The notes under the pieces are model-generated. The model saw only the letters and a program-made list of their open reading frames with translations, searched no databases and was not told where the DNA came from. Shown here piece by piece: positions 1 through 8,421 of a DNA stretch of 64,000 nt. The number at the start of each line of letters is the position of its first letter. Position 1 is the first letter of the stretch. A program made the position numbers and the translations under genes. This DNA is from Candidatus Eremiobacteria bacterium (GTDB taxonomy: Bacteria > Vulcanimicrobiota > Vulcanimicrobiia > Vulcanimicrobiales > Vulcanimicrobiaceae): assembly GCA_963758295.1 (NCBI GenBank), contig CAVWUU010000004.1, positions 544,001 through 608,000 of the forward strand, read 5' to 3'.

Positions 1-246
1 CTCGGCAAAGATTTTGTTCATCGCCGCGTCGTCGGTGACGACGGTAATGATCACGTCGGCGTTTTGCGTGACTTCCCCAAGCGTGCGTACCGCGTTGCCG
101 CCGACCTGCTTTGCCGTTTCCTCTGCGGATTCTGGCCGAATGTCGTACAGCACCGTTACGGGATAGCCGACGTCTTTCAAACGCAGCGCCATATTGGCGC
201 CCATGCGTCCCGTTCCCACAACGCCGATGCGCGGTTGCGCGCTCAT
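1..246 (-). CDS. NAD(P)-dependent oxidoreductase, 3-hydroxyisobutyrate dehydrogenase family (runs off the window edge)
   Basis: Read by hand from ATG at 246: MSAQPRIGVVGTGRMGANMALRLKDVG...ADVIITVVTDDAA. Has the GxGxMG Rossmann motif. Start overlaps the upstream stop (ATGA). Confidence 0.85.
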   Translation of the reverse strand, partial: MSAQPRIGVVGTGRMGANMALRLKDVGYPVTVLYDIRPESAEETAKQVGGNAVRTLGEVTQNADVIITVVTDDAAMNKIFAE

Positions 247-1046
247 GTAGAACCTCCGGGTTCGAAGAAGCTGATGTGATAGGCACGAAGCACGTTCGTC
301 AGATCCGCTTCATGGCTGCTGATGACTCGGTTAACCTGATCGATAAGTCCTGTATTGTCGCTTCGCGCCGCCATCGCCATAGGGAAGCTGTACTGCTCCG
401 GCGAGCCTTGGGTACGCGAGTTCGGAATCGTAACCGCGTGGAGATCGGGATACTTTGGAAGGTAGTAGCCGACCGCCGGCGCCCACGTGAGCCCCACGTT
501 GATTTGGTTGCTTTCCAAAGCCGCTAAAATGTCAGCCGGCGACCCCGACTCGCTATCGGCCGTATCGAAGTGTTTGGCATTGACGGTCAAGGCTCGAAGT
601 TTCAGTCCATTTTCCGCGGGGGTGTCGCCTTCGTACCCGATCTTCATTCGCTGGAGCGCCGGTGAATCGAGCGACGTTACGTCGTACGGAGAGTTCTTCT
701 TCAACACGAAGACGTACGAAGAAATGTAATACGGCTTCGACGTTTTGACGGTCGTCATAGCATACGGCACGTCGACGATCAGATCGCACTTCCCAGCGTT
801 GAGCTGGTTGTGAATCATTTCGTCGAAGCCGTCGCCGCGCGTTGACGCCCACACGAATTTGACCGGCCGGTTCAAGCCACGTGCGACGATCGCCGCGATC
901 TTATTTTCGAACCCTTGACCGGCGCGATTGGAATACGGCATATAGTCCGGATCGGCGCAGACCCGTAGCGGCGTCTGCGCTTGCGCCGTGCCTAAAGTGA
1001 GCGCGGCCAGTGCCGCGCTCACAATCATGACCCGTATCATTCTCAT
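243..1046 (-). CDS. xoxJ: XoxJ/MxaJ-like periplasmic substrate-binding protein associated with quinoprotein dehydrogenases
   Basis: Signal peptide; LRVCADPDYMPYSN..GFENKIA and SKPYY.SSYVFV motifs; overlaps the stop of the PQQ dehydrogenase. Confidence 0.8.
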   Translation of the reverse strand: MRMIRVMIVSAALAALTLGTAQAQTPLRVCADPDYMPYSNRAGQGFENKIAAIVARGLNRPVKFVWASTRGDGFDEMIHNQLNAGKCDLIVDVPYAMTTVKTSKPYYISSYVFVLKKNSPYDVTSLDSPALQRMKIGYEGDTPAENGLKLRALTVNAKHFDTADSESGSPADILAALESNQINVGLTWAPAVGYYLPKYPDLHAVTIPNSRTQGSPEQYSFPMAMAARSDNTGLIDQVNRVISSHEADLTNVLRAYHISFFEPGGST

Positions 1047-2833
1047 TGCAGTGAGAATACCACCAAGTCACCGCCGAGATTCGTATAGCTCCCAAGATCC
1101 ATCGCGGCGTTTACCGCACCCAGGCCCGCGGTCGGATTCGTCAATCCGGCAGCAAGACCAAGGGCGGCCCATCCGCCGACGCCCGAAAGAATCGCCACGT
1201 ACTGCTTGCCTTTGTACGAGTAGGTGATCGGATTCCCGATAATTCCGGAAGGCATCTTTTGGGACCACAGTTCGGAACCGGTCTTCGTGTCAACCGCCTT
1301 GAAATAGCCGTCCAACGTGCCGTAGAAAGCTACGCCGCCGTCGGTCGTAAGGACGCCGCCCCACGCGGGGAAGCGCTCGTGATCGCTCCACACGATCTTG
1401 CCGTTATTCGGATCCCATGCGATTACCGCACCGCGATAGCCGCCGGGTCCTGGATACATCTTCACGATTGCGCCGACATACGGAAATCCCGCCTTATATT
1501 TCACGGCGAAAGCTTGGTAGTCCATGCAATTGTGATTGGTCGGAACGATGAAGTAGCCGGTTTGCGGATCGAACGATGCGGGCTGCTGATCTTTGTTGCC
1601 CATAGCCGCGGGACAAATGTTCTTGACGTTTGATCCCTGTTTCGTGCTATAGGCCGGATCGAGCACCGGACGTCCCGTCGTCATGTCGATATGCGTGGCC
1701 CAGTTCACGGACGGATCGAACTTCTCGGCAAGCAACAGTTTGCCGTTGCGCCGGTCGAGTTCGTACGCAAAGCCGTTACGATCGAAGTGAACGAGCGCAG
1801 GCACTTGCTGATCGTGAACTTTGATATCGGCGAGAATCATCTCGTTGACGCCATCGTAGTCCCATGCATCGTGCGGCGTCATCTGATACGCCCACACGGC
1901 CGTGCCGTCGGAGGGATGACGCGCGAAGATCGTCATGGACCACTTGTTATCGCCGGGACGCTGCGATGGATTCCACGTTCCGGGATTGCCGGTGCCGTAG
2001 TACAGCAGATCGAGCTGCGGATCGTAAGAATACCAGCCCCACGTCGTGCCGCCGCCAACTTTCCATTGGTCGCCGTGCCAGGTGCTGATGCCCGCATTCT
2101 TCGGGCCGTTGAATCCGGCCGGAATAAGTACATCGGCATCCGACCCTTCACTGTACGCGCGCCAGACTTTCTTTCCGCTGTGCAGATCGAAGGCCGTAAG
2201 GTATCCGCGCACGCCAAACTCACCGCCGGATACGCCCACCATGACACGGCTTTTATCTTCAATAACGAAGGGCGCCGACGTGACGGTTTGTCCCAGTTCG
2301 GGATCGGCGTTCTTCGCCGACCACACCACTTTACCGTCAGTGGCATTAAGCGCATAAATCGTGCCGTCGAGCGCATTGGCGATGATCATATTATCGCCAT
2401 AGGCAACGCCGCGATTGACAAGATCGCAGCATGCGACGGAGGTTGCGAACGAATCTTGTTTCGGCGTAAATTGCCACTTGATGTGATAGTCATCAAGCGA
2501 CACCGCATAAACGTGATTCGGATACGCGCTTTCGAAATACAGCGTATCTCCGATGACGAGCGGTTGGCCTTCGTGGCCGCGCGTCGCGCCGGTCGACATC
2601 ATCCACGCGACCTTTAAGCCTTTGGCATTGTCGGTGGTGATTTCTTTGAGTGCGCTATGACGGAGATTCGCGAAGTTTTGCGTCGGCATTGTCCACGTCG
2701 ATGCGTCCTGGCTCGTGTCGGTCATTGTCCCTTGCTGTTGGGCGCCTGCCCGGTTTTGACAGGCGAATAACCCTACGATCAAGCCCGTAGCGCAAATGGC
2801 GGCGGATGCCGAAGCAAGTACACGTTTGTTCAT
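1043..2833 (-). CDS. xoxF: PQQ-dependent methanol/ethanol-family dehydrogenase, lanthanide-dependent XoxF type
   Basis: GHEGQPLV, vicinal CCD.VNRG, GGEFGVRG, GNPGTW and WDYDGVNE (D-x-D with the extra lanthanide-ligating Asp). Confidence 0.85.
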   Translation of the reverse strand: MNKRVLASASAAICATGLIVGLFACQNRAGAQQQGTMTDTSQDASTWTMPTQNFANLRHSALKEITTDNAKGLKVAWMMSTGATRGHEGQPLVIGDTLYFESAYPNHVYAVSLDDYHIKWQFTPKQDSFATSVACCDLVNRGVAYGDNMIIANALDGTIYALNATDGKVVWSAKNADPELGQTVTSAPFVIEDKSRVMVGVSGGEFGVRGYLTAFDLHSGKKVWRAYSEGSDADVLIPAGFNGPKNAGISTWHGDQWKVGGGTTWGWYSYDPQLDLLYYGTGNPGTWNPSQRPGDNKWSMTIFARHPSDGTAVWAYQMTPHDAWDYDGVNEMILADIKVHDQQVPALVHFDRNGFAYELDRRNGKLLLAEKFDPSVNWATHIDMTTGRPVLDPAYSTKQGSNVKNICPAAMGNKDQQPASFDPQTGYFIVPTNHNCMDYQAFAVKYKAGFPYVGAIVKMYPGPGGYRGAVIAWDPNNGKIVWSDHERFPAWGGVLTTDGGVAFYGTLDGYFKAVDTKTGSELWSQKMPSGIIGNPITYSYKGKQYVAILSGVGGWAALGLAAGLTNPTAGLGAVNAAMDLGSYTNLGGDLVVFSLQ

Positions 2834-2902
2834 GTGTTACTCCTGGCTTCATGCAGCTTCTCAAAGCGTAGTCCCAGGGTACTGCTTGTAACAATCGTGC
2901 GC

Positions 2903-2936
2903 CCTGATGATCGTCAAACCTGACGATCGTCAGGTT
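2903..2936. promoter_or_regulatory. Putative operator: perfect 20-bp palindrome plus a direct-repeat copy
   Basis: AACCTGACGATCGTCAGGTT at 2917-2936, preceded by CCTGATGATCGTCA at 2903-2916, in the xoxF/regulator divergent gap. Confidence 0.65.
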
Positions 2937-2984
2937 CGATGATGGCGGCAGCTCTAATACAGGTGCCGTGCAGACGACTTTGAA

Positions 2985-3683
2985 TTGCATCATCATCGGG
3001 AGGACGAACGTATGCTCCATCGTTCGGTCAAAGGGCCCGGTGTTGCCATGCCGGTCGGGGTGGCCATCGTGGCGGATCGCCGTACCACTGCGGCAGCTTT
3101 AGCCGAAGTGCTCGGCGCGGATCGCGAGCTATTACTGTTGGGCACGGCCGATGCCGAGGGCGGCAAAGAACTGCTCCAAAATCGCGCGTTGCGCGTGCTC
3201 ATCGTCAACCTCAGCTTAGCCGGTGGTGAAGGCGTGCGGTTCATACGCACCGCCAAGCAAATTCGTCCCGACGTGGGTGTCCTTTCCTTAAAGCGCATGG
3301 TGGATGAACATCAACTACGCGCCGCCTTGGACGCCGGCGCCGACGCATGCTGCATGGCTGCTACCCCGGCAACGCGCATTCGCAAGGCTATCAAAGTCGT
3401 CGCCGACGGCGCAACTTGGCTCGACCCCGAGGTTGCACACGCGCTCTTCCATCATGAAACCCGCGAGGAACACGATGCCGGCGTTGCGCTGCCTCGTCTC
3501 TCGCCGCGCGAACAGCAGATTCTGCGGTTGCTCGTGGAAGGCTATTCTAATGAAGAGATCGCGCGTCAGCTGGAGTGCGCGTATCCAACCGTGCGCACGC
3601 ATCTAGCGCATTTATACAATAAGCTCGACGTCGGCGATCGGGTTTCTGCAGCGGTGTTCGCATTGCGCCATGGGCTGACGTGA
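2985..3683 (+). CDS. NarL/LuxR-family response regulator with an atypical receiver (true start may be 3012 or 3048)
   Basis: C-terminal LSPREQQILRLLVEGYSNEEIA...TVRTHL HTH. The receiver reads VLIVNLSL, with Asn at the usual phospho-Asp position. Confidence 0.85.
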   Translation: MHHHREDERMLHRSVKGPGVAMPVGVAIVADRRTTAAALAEVLGADRELLLLGTADAEGGKELLQNRALRVLIVNLSLAGGEGVRFIRTAKQIRPDVGVLSLKRMVDEHQLRAALDAGADACCMAATPATRIRKAIKVVADGATWLDPEVAHALFHHETREEHDAGVALPRLSPREQQILRLLVEGYSNEEIARQLECAYPTVRTHLAHLYNKLDVGDRVSAAVFALRHGLT

Positions 3684-5653
3684 TCGCGGCGATTGTAGCC
3701 GCCGTCGCAGCCGTCACGACTTCACCGTCGCCATCACCCACGCCATCAGCGTCTCCCCTGCCCGTGATTACGACCGTGCGCGTCGCCACCGGGTCCCCGC
3801 AGACGCTTCACAAGCTGCCGGTCGCAGCGTCGGTGATGGATTCCGTTCAGCTAGCGAATACGGCGGCAGCTACGGGCGACGCTGTGCTGAGAAACCTTCC
3901 GGGCTTCGATCGCACGCGCAGCAATAGCAACTTTACCAATTACGGCCAGCTGCGCGTGTCCTTTACGGGGGCCGGGAACGATCGCGGGCTGGTGCTTGCA
4001 AACGGAATTCCGGCGCAGGACGCGTTCGGCGGGCAAGTTGACTGGGCAGAGTATCCGGCCAACGACATCGTTCGCGCAGAGTTGTTGCGCGGCGCCGGTT
4101 CGGCATTGTACGGCGCGGGCGCAATCGGCGGCGTGCTTCAGCTCGACACATTCGGTCCGGCGCGCACGCGGGAAGAGGCGCAGGGCGCCTTCACGTTTGG
4201 CACCGGTACGAACAACTCGCTGCTGAACTACGGCAACGTCCAGATCCCGATTTCGACGAAGCTCCAGGCGTCGATCTCGGCACAGCAGTCGCAACTTTCG
4301 TATCTGGCCCTTACGCCGGGCTACCAGAGCCCGATCGACAAGCCCTCGCAGTCGCAAACGAGCATGGCGTCGTTACGCCTTCGCTATTCGCCCACTGCGC
4401 ACGATTCGGTTGAATACGGCTATCGCGGCGCATGGGATTATCAGTTCGAAGGGCGTCCGAATTACGATTTCTGGCGGCGCCTCCATGAAAATTCGTTACG
4501 GTTCGCTCACTCCACGTCAACGCAGAACATCGGCGTGGACGTATATACACGCGACACTTTGATAACGAACCGCGCCGACGTCTATCCGCAAAGTCCCGGA
4601 ACGCTGCGCTACACGCAGTCGGTACCTACCGCGGAGAGCGGCGTTGCTTTTCATTGGAGCGCGGCATCGCAACATGCGGAGTTCGCCGTGCGTGCCGACG
4701 AACGGGCCGTGAACGGATTGAGCACGCAGCTCGGCCGTAACAACGTCTTTCAAAGCTCCGGCAGCGGCGCCCAACAACTGGCGGGTCTCGCGTTGCAAGA
4801 GACTTACACGTTTACGCACGGCGAAATCGTCGCAGGCGTGCGCGGCGACGAAGTGAACTTGACTCGCGGAAACGTGGTCAATGCATCGGGGACCACGACG
4901 GTCGCGCCGCGCGCGGATCGCGCCGTCTCGCCACGGCTCGCGCTGCGTTACGACGTAACGCCGCAGTTGGCGATTCGTATCTCGGATGGCGCCGGCTTCC
5001 GCGCGCCGTTTCTGAACGAACTCGTGCGCGGTTATCAGATCGGGCCGATCGCGTATCGCCCAAATTCGTCCCTCGTGCCCGAACGCAGCTCGTCGCTTTC
5101 GGGAGGGTTTGACTGGACCTCGGCACGCACGCACGTAGCACTTGACGGCTTTCATACGTTCGTGAACGATGCGATCTCGTTCCGGACGATCGATCCCACG
5201 ACGCAGATTCGCAGTAATTTCGCGCACACGCAGACCGATGGAGAAACCTTGACGATCACGCGTGCGCTTTCGCCGGCAACGCGGCTTCAGGTCTTTGGAA
5301 CGGCGCAGTACGCGCGTGTCACGTCGGGTGGCCCGACCGGCGGCAAGTATTTGCCGTACGTTCCGAATGCTTCGGCGGGGATCGATTTCGATACGACGGT
5401 GTCGAAGATTGGCGCTGGAATCAGCCTGAGCTATTTAGGACAAACGTACGCCGACGACTTGAATACGCAGCCCTTGGGAACTTCCGTGCTGCTTGGCGTG
5501 CACGTTTCGGTGCCGATTCGCGACGGGGTAAAAGTAACGGTCGATCTCGAGAATGCGACTAGCGCCCACTACCTCTCGAGCATCGACCGTTATGGACCGC
5601 CGGCGACGGTGACCGTTGGGGTCACCGTCCCGACTGCGCCGTTAGTGCCTTAG
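3680..5653 (+). CDS. TonB-dependent receptor
   Basis: Plug motifs (RAELLRGAGSALYGAGAIGGV), GFRAPFLNEL and L.PE.S barrel motifs; GTGA overlap with the regulator. Confidence 0.9.
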   Translation: MIAAIVAAVAAVTTSPSPSPTPSASPLPVITTVRVATGSPQTLHKLPVAASVMDSVQLANTAAATGDAVLRNLPGFDRTRSNSNFTNYGQLRVSFTGAGNDRGLVLANGIPAQDAFGGQVDWAEYPANDIVRAELLRGAGSALYGAGAIGGVLQLDTFGPARTREEAQGAFTFGTGTNNSLLNYGNVQIPISTKLQASISAQQSQLSYLALTPGYQSPIDKPSQSQTSMASLRLRYSPTAHDSVEYGYRGAWDYQFEGRPNYDFWRRLHENSLRFAHSTSTQNIGVDVYTRDTLITNRADVYPQSPGTLRYTQSVPTAESGVAFHWSAASQHAEFAVRADERAVNGLSTQLGRNNVFQSSGSGAQQLAGLALQETYTFTHGEIVAGVRGDEVNLTRGNVVNASGTTTVAPRADRAVSPRLALRYDVTPQLAIRISDGAGFRAPFLNELVRGYQIGPIAYRPNSSLVPERSSSLSGGFDWTSARTHVALDGFHTFVNDAISFRTIDPTTQIRSNFAHTQTDGETLTITRALSPATRLQVFGTAQYARVTSGGPTGGKYLPYVPNASAGIDFDTTVSKIGAGISLSYLGQTYADDLNTQPLGTSVLLGVHVSVPIRDGVKVTVDLENATSAHYLSSIDRYGPPATVTVGVTVPTAPLVP

Positions 5654-7377
5654 TTACAACCGTTGGTTGTCAGCAGCACGTAGGCGTCGTGGTTTGCAAC
5701 TGTGAGCGCATTGGAAACCTGACGTCCTTCCAGATCGCGGTACGTATGACCGGCCGGAAGATTTGCGACTTCGCTTGAGCGCGAGGTCGAGCCGCTGTTG
5801 ACGACGACGAACGCATTGCTGTAGCGGCGATACCACAGATCCGGGCTGCCGGCGTTGGTTGCGGAGCCGCCGTAGTACGCCGCGCACGGCGTGCCGTAGT
5901 CGACGTTGTACTCGCTGTGGAACTGTTCGACGCCGTAACCGGGGTTATTGCTGATGAAGAGACCCGAGCCGCCTTCATTGCTCATCAAATACGTAGCGAT
6001 ACCGTATTCGACTTGCACCGGCGTAACGGCGGCCGACTGATAGAACTTGTCGATCGTGATCGGAGCCGCGCCATGGGCTTGCGCATAACGCGTCCAGTCG
6101 GTGGTGGTTTTGAAGAGGCTGGTGCTCTTGGTGTAGTTGCTGTAGTCGGCGTAGCCCGTTTCGTTGAGGTCGACGTCGACGTTTGCAAGCAGCGCGGCTT
6201 CGTTAGCGTTCGTGTACGAGCCGGCCGGGTGATTGACGACCAGCTTCAGGTTGTTGGCGGCGGCAATTGCGTGCGCGGCCTTCACCCAAGCGACCGTGTC
6301 GTCGGCCCACGCCACGTCGTTCTTGCTGCTGTAGCGACGGACGAACGTGCCGTTCTGATAGATGCCGCATGCATAGGCGCCGGCGCCGGCCGTAACGCCG
6401 CCGATGTTCTGGAAGAGCACTTCATCGTACGCGAGGCCGTTATAGCCGTTCTTGAGCGCGTAGCTCGCCGCGAGCTTCACTTGATACTGCACGACGGCCG
6501 GATTGTGAATGTCGAGCGGAATGTTCTGCGGGAGGCTTCCAACGTACGCCGGGATTTTGGTCGGCGTGCCGCTTGCCGTGCACGAGTACAGGACCCAATC
6601 CGGATGATTCGCTTCCCACCACGCGAGGTTGTGACCGATGCCGCCCCACGAGACCCAGCTCGCATCGGTTTCTTGCGGCATGTAGTAGCTCGCGATCAGC
6701 GACGAGTTGTTCTTGCGCCACGCCGAGGCCATGCCCGGGCGCGCGCCCCAAACGAGACTGTAACGCGGACCGTCCGCTTCAGCCGCTGCAGCCGACACAC
6801 GCGGCGAGCCCCAGGCATCAAAGACTTGGAATGGGGCGATTTTGGCTTTTGCCATCTGCAGCAGCGGCGTCGTCGAGTTGCCATTCGGCGGCGCGACGGC
6901 CGGTGCGCTGGTCTTCGACGGTACCGGAGTCGGCGTGGCAACTTCGCCGGTAGCGCCGACTTGCGTGACGCTTGTCGCGGTAACGCTTGCAAACGAGCCG
7001 GTTCCTACAGCGGTAACCTGCTGCCCGACAGCGAGCTTAGCGCCCGTGAATCGGGTCGACGAGTTCGTGTAAATGTGGACAAAGCCGTGCGGCGACGCCG
7101 TTTGCATCGTGAAGCCGCCCTTGAAGATGCCGGCTACGCTACCGCTGGCGGTGATCGTGCCGTTCGACGCAGTCATCGACATCGTCGACATCGCCGCGGG
7201 TGTCGCCGTCGCCGTTGCTCCTAACGGTGACGTCGTCGCTCCAGTTGCCGAGGGGTCGCCGGGGATCGTGGCGGGCATGGGTCCGCCGGTCGGAGAACCG
7301 CCGCCGCCGCCGCAAGCGGCCAGCGAGGCGGAGAGAAACGCGAAAAGCGCAAGACGGGAAACGAAAAGTTTGCTCAC
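5650..7377 (-). CDS. Lipoprotein with a putative TIM-barrel glycoside hydrolase-like domain
   Basis: Lipobox LAAC, Ser/Thr/Pro linker, HPDWVLY, GYNGLAYD and RRYSNAFVVVN, resembling hypothetical GH (GHL15-like) proteins. Confidence 0.6.
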   Translation of the reverse strand: MSKLFVSRLALFAFLSASLAACGGGGGSPTGGPMPATIPGDPSATGATTSPLGATATATPAAMSTMSMTASNGTITASGSVAGIFKGGFTMQTASPHGFVHIYTNSSTRFTGAKLAVGQQVTAVGTGSFASVTATSVTQVGATGEVATPTPVPSKTSAPAVAPPNGNSTTPLLQMAKAKIAPFQVFDAWGSPRVSAAAAEADGPRYSLVWGARPGMASAWRKNNSSLIASYYMPQETDASWVSWGGIGHNLAWWEANHPDWVLYSCTASGTPTKIPAYVGSLPQNIPLDIHNPAVVQYQVKLAASYALKNGYNGLAYDEVLFQNIGGVTAGAGAYACGIYQNGTFVRRYSSKNDVAWADDTVAWVKAAHAIAAANNLKLVVNHPAGSYTNANEAALLANVDVDLNETGYADYSNYTKSTSLFKTTTDWTRYAQAHGAAPITIDKFYQSAAVTPVQVEYGIATYLMSNEGGSGLFISNNPGYGVEQFHSEYNVDYGTPCAAYYGGSATNAGSPDLWYRRYSNAFVVVNSGSTSRSSEVANLPAGHTYRDLEGRQVSNALTVANHDAYVLLTTNGCN

Positions 7378-7552
7378 GATAAAATTTCTCGTCTCGTTTT
7401 GCGGCTTACATTAAGCTTTTTACCGTAGCTTTACAAAAGTAGCTCAATCGCTAGAGGAATAAGCAAGCGTGCGCAAGACGGGCTCCCGTAATTCGTTTGC
7501 TTGCTGGAACAATCGGGAATCTGCTTTGCGTTACTTCACCCAGGAGGGGACT

Positions 7553-8032
7553 ATGAACCTGAAGCAAGCACTCGCGGCGCTGGCGCTCACCGGCGCAATC
7601 GCAACCACCGTTCCGGCCGCGCCCGCGATGGCCGACGGTGCCGCAAGTACGCGAAACATCATTTTTGGGGCGGCGGCCGCCGGCGCGACCCTGCTCATCA
7701 TCAATCACAATCGAAAGGTGCACGAGCGCTACGCGGAAGACGCGCGACGCCAGGCCGCCCTGCAGTCCGAGAACAACGACGCCTGGGCCGCCTATCATCA
7801 AGAGCAGCGCGCCTACCAGCAGCAAGTCGCGGTCAACGGCGACCTAAAGCGCGAAGTTGCCTACCAGCACAAGATCGTTGAAGATCAGCGCCGCCAGCTC
7901 GCTTCGCTGAACATGCACAACGGTTTCGTGGCTGCACGTCAGGCGCAACCGCAACGGGTCGCGTCGCGAAACTCGCACCAGCGGAATAACCAGCAGGTCG
8001 CGATGGTCTCCTACGGATGGGGCGACCTCTAA
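7553..8032 (+). CDS. Secreted hypothetical coiled-coil protein
   Basis: RBS AGGAGG before ATG 7553; signal peptide ending AMA; Gln/Arg-rich helix. Confidence 0.75.
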   Translation: MNLKQALAALALTGAIATTVPAAPAMADGAASTRNIIFGAAAAGATLLIINHNRKVHERYAEDARRQAALQSENNDAWAAYHQEQRAYQQQVAVNGDLKREVAYQHKIVEDQRRQLASLNMHNGFVAARQAQPQRVASRNSHQRNNQQVAMVSYGWGDL

Positions 8033-8412
8033 TGGTCGTACGCCAAGGCTTTGCGCTCGTGTTGCTTGCGGCTCTGGCGGCATGCAACTCGGGCGCGAGC
8101 AACGGTGCAAGCGGCAGCGCCGCAACCACCGCGGACAGCGTCACGAAGTCGGTCTATAACAACGACGTCGACGGCGTCACTTCAAACTTCGACGACCAAC
8201 TGAAGTCGACGGTTTCACGCGGTGAAGTGGGAACGTTATCCGACAAGATGCACGCCCTCGGAGACTACAAGGGTCTCACGTTCATCAACGCCGACAACTC
8301 AAAAAACGAGTACACGTATCGCGCGAACTTCGATAAAGGCGCCATGAACGTCGTCATCAAGGTCGACCCCGACGGCAAACTCTCCGCTTACCGCCTCTTC
8401 TCCCAAACGTAA
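8032..8412 (+). CDS. Small lipoprotein (DUF3887-like)
   Basis: TAATG coupling, lipobox LAAC, FDDQLK...LGDYK...ANFDKG pattern. Confidence 0.65.
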   Translation: MVVRQGFALVLLAALAACNSGASNGASGSAATTADSVTKSVYNNDVDGVTSNFDDQLKSTVSRGEVGTLSDKMHALGDYKGLTFINADNSKNEYTYRANFDKGAMNVVIKVDPDGKLSAYRLFSQT

Positions 8413-8421
8413 GCCCCCGCG

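Noticed and set aside
5917..7224. Long antisense ORFs (for example 5917..7224, 1691..2617, 8746..9762, 52511..53548)
   Set aside because: They are shadows of well-supported genes on the opposite strand, as expected in high-GC DNA.
7460..7535. Riboswitch or ECF promoter in the 7378-7552 gap
   Set aside because: A hairpin and a GGAAC...CGTT pair are present, but the spacing is off and I recognise no known RNA family.
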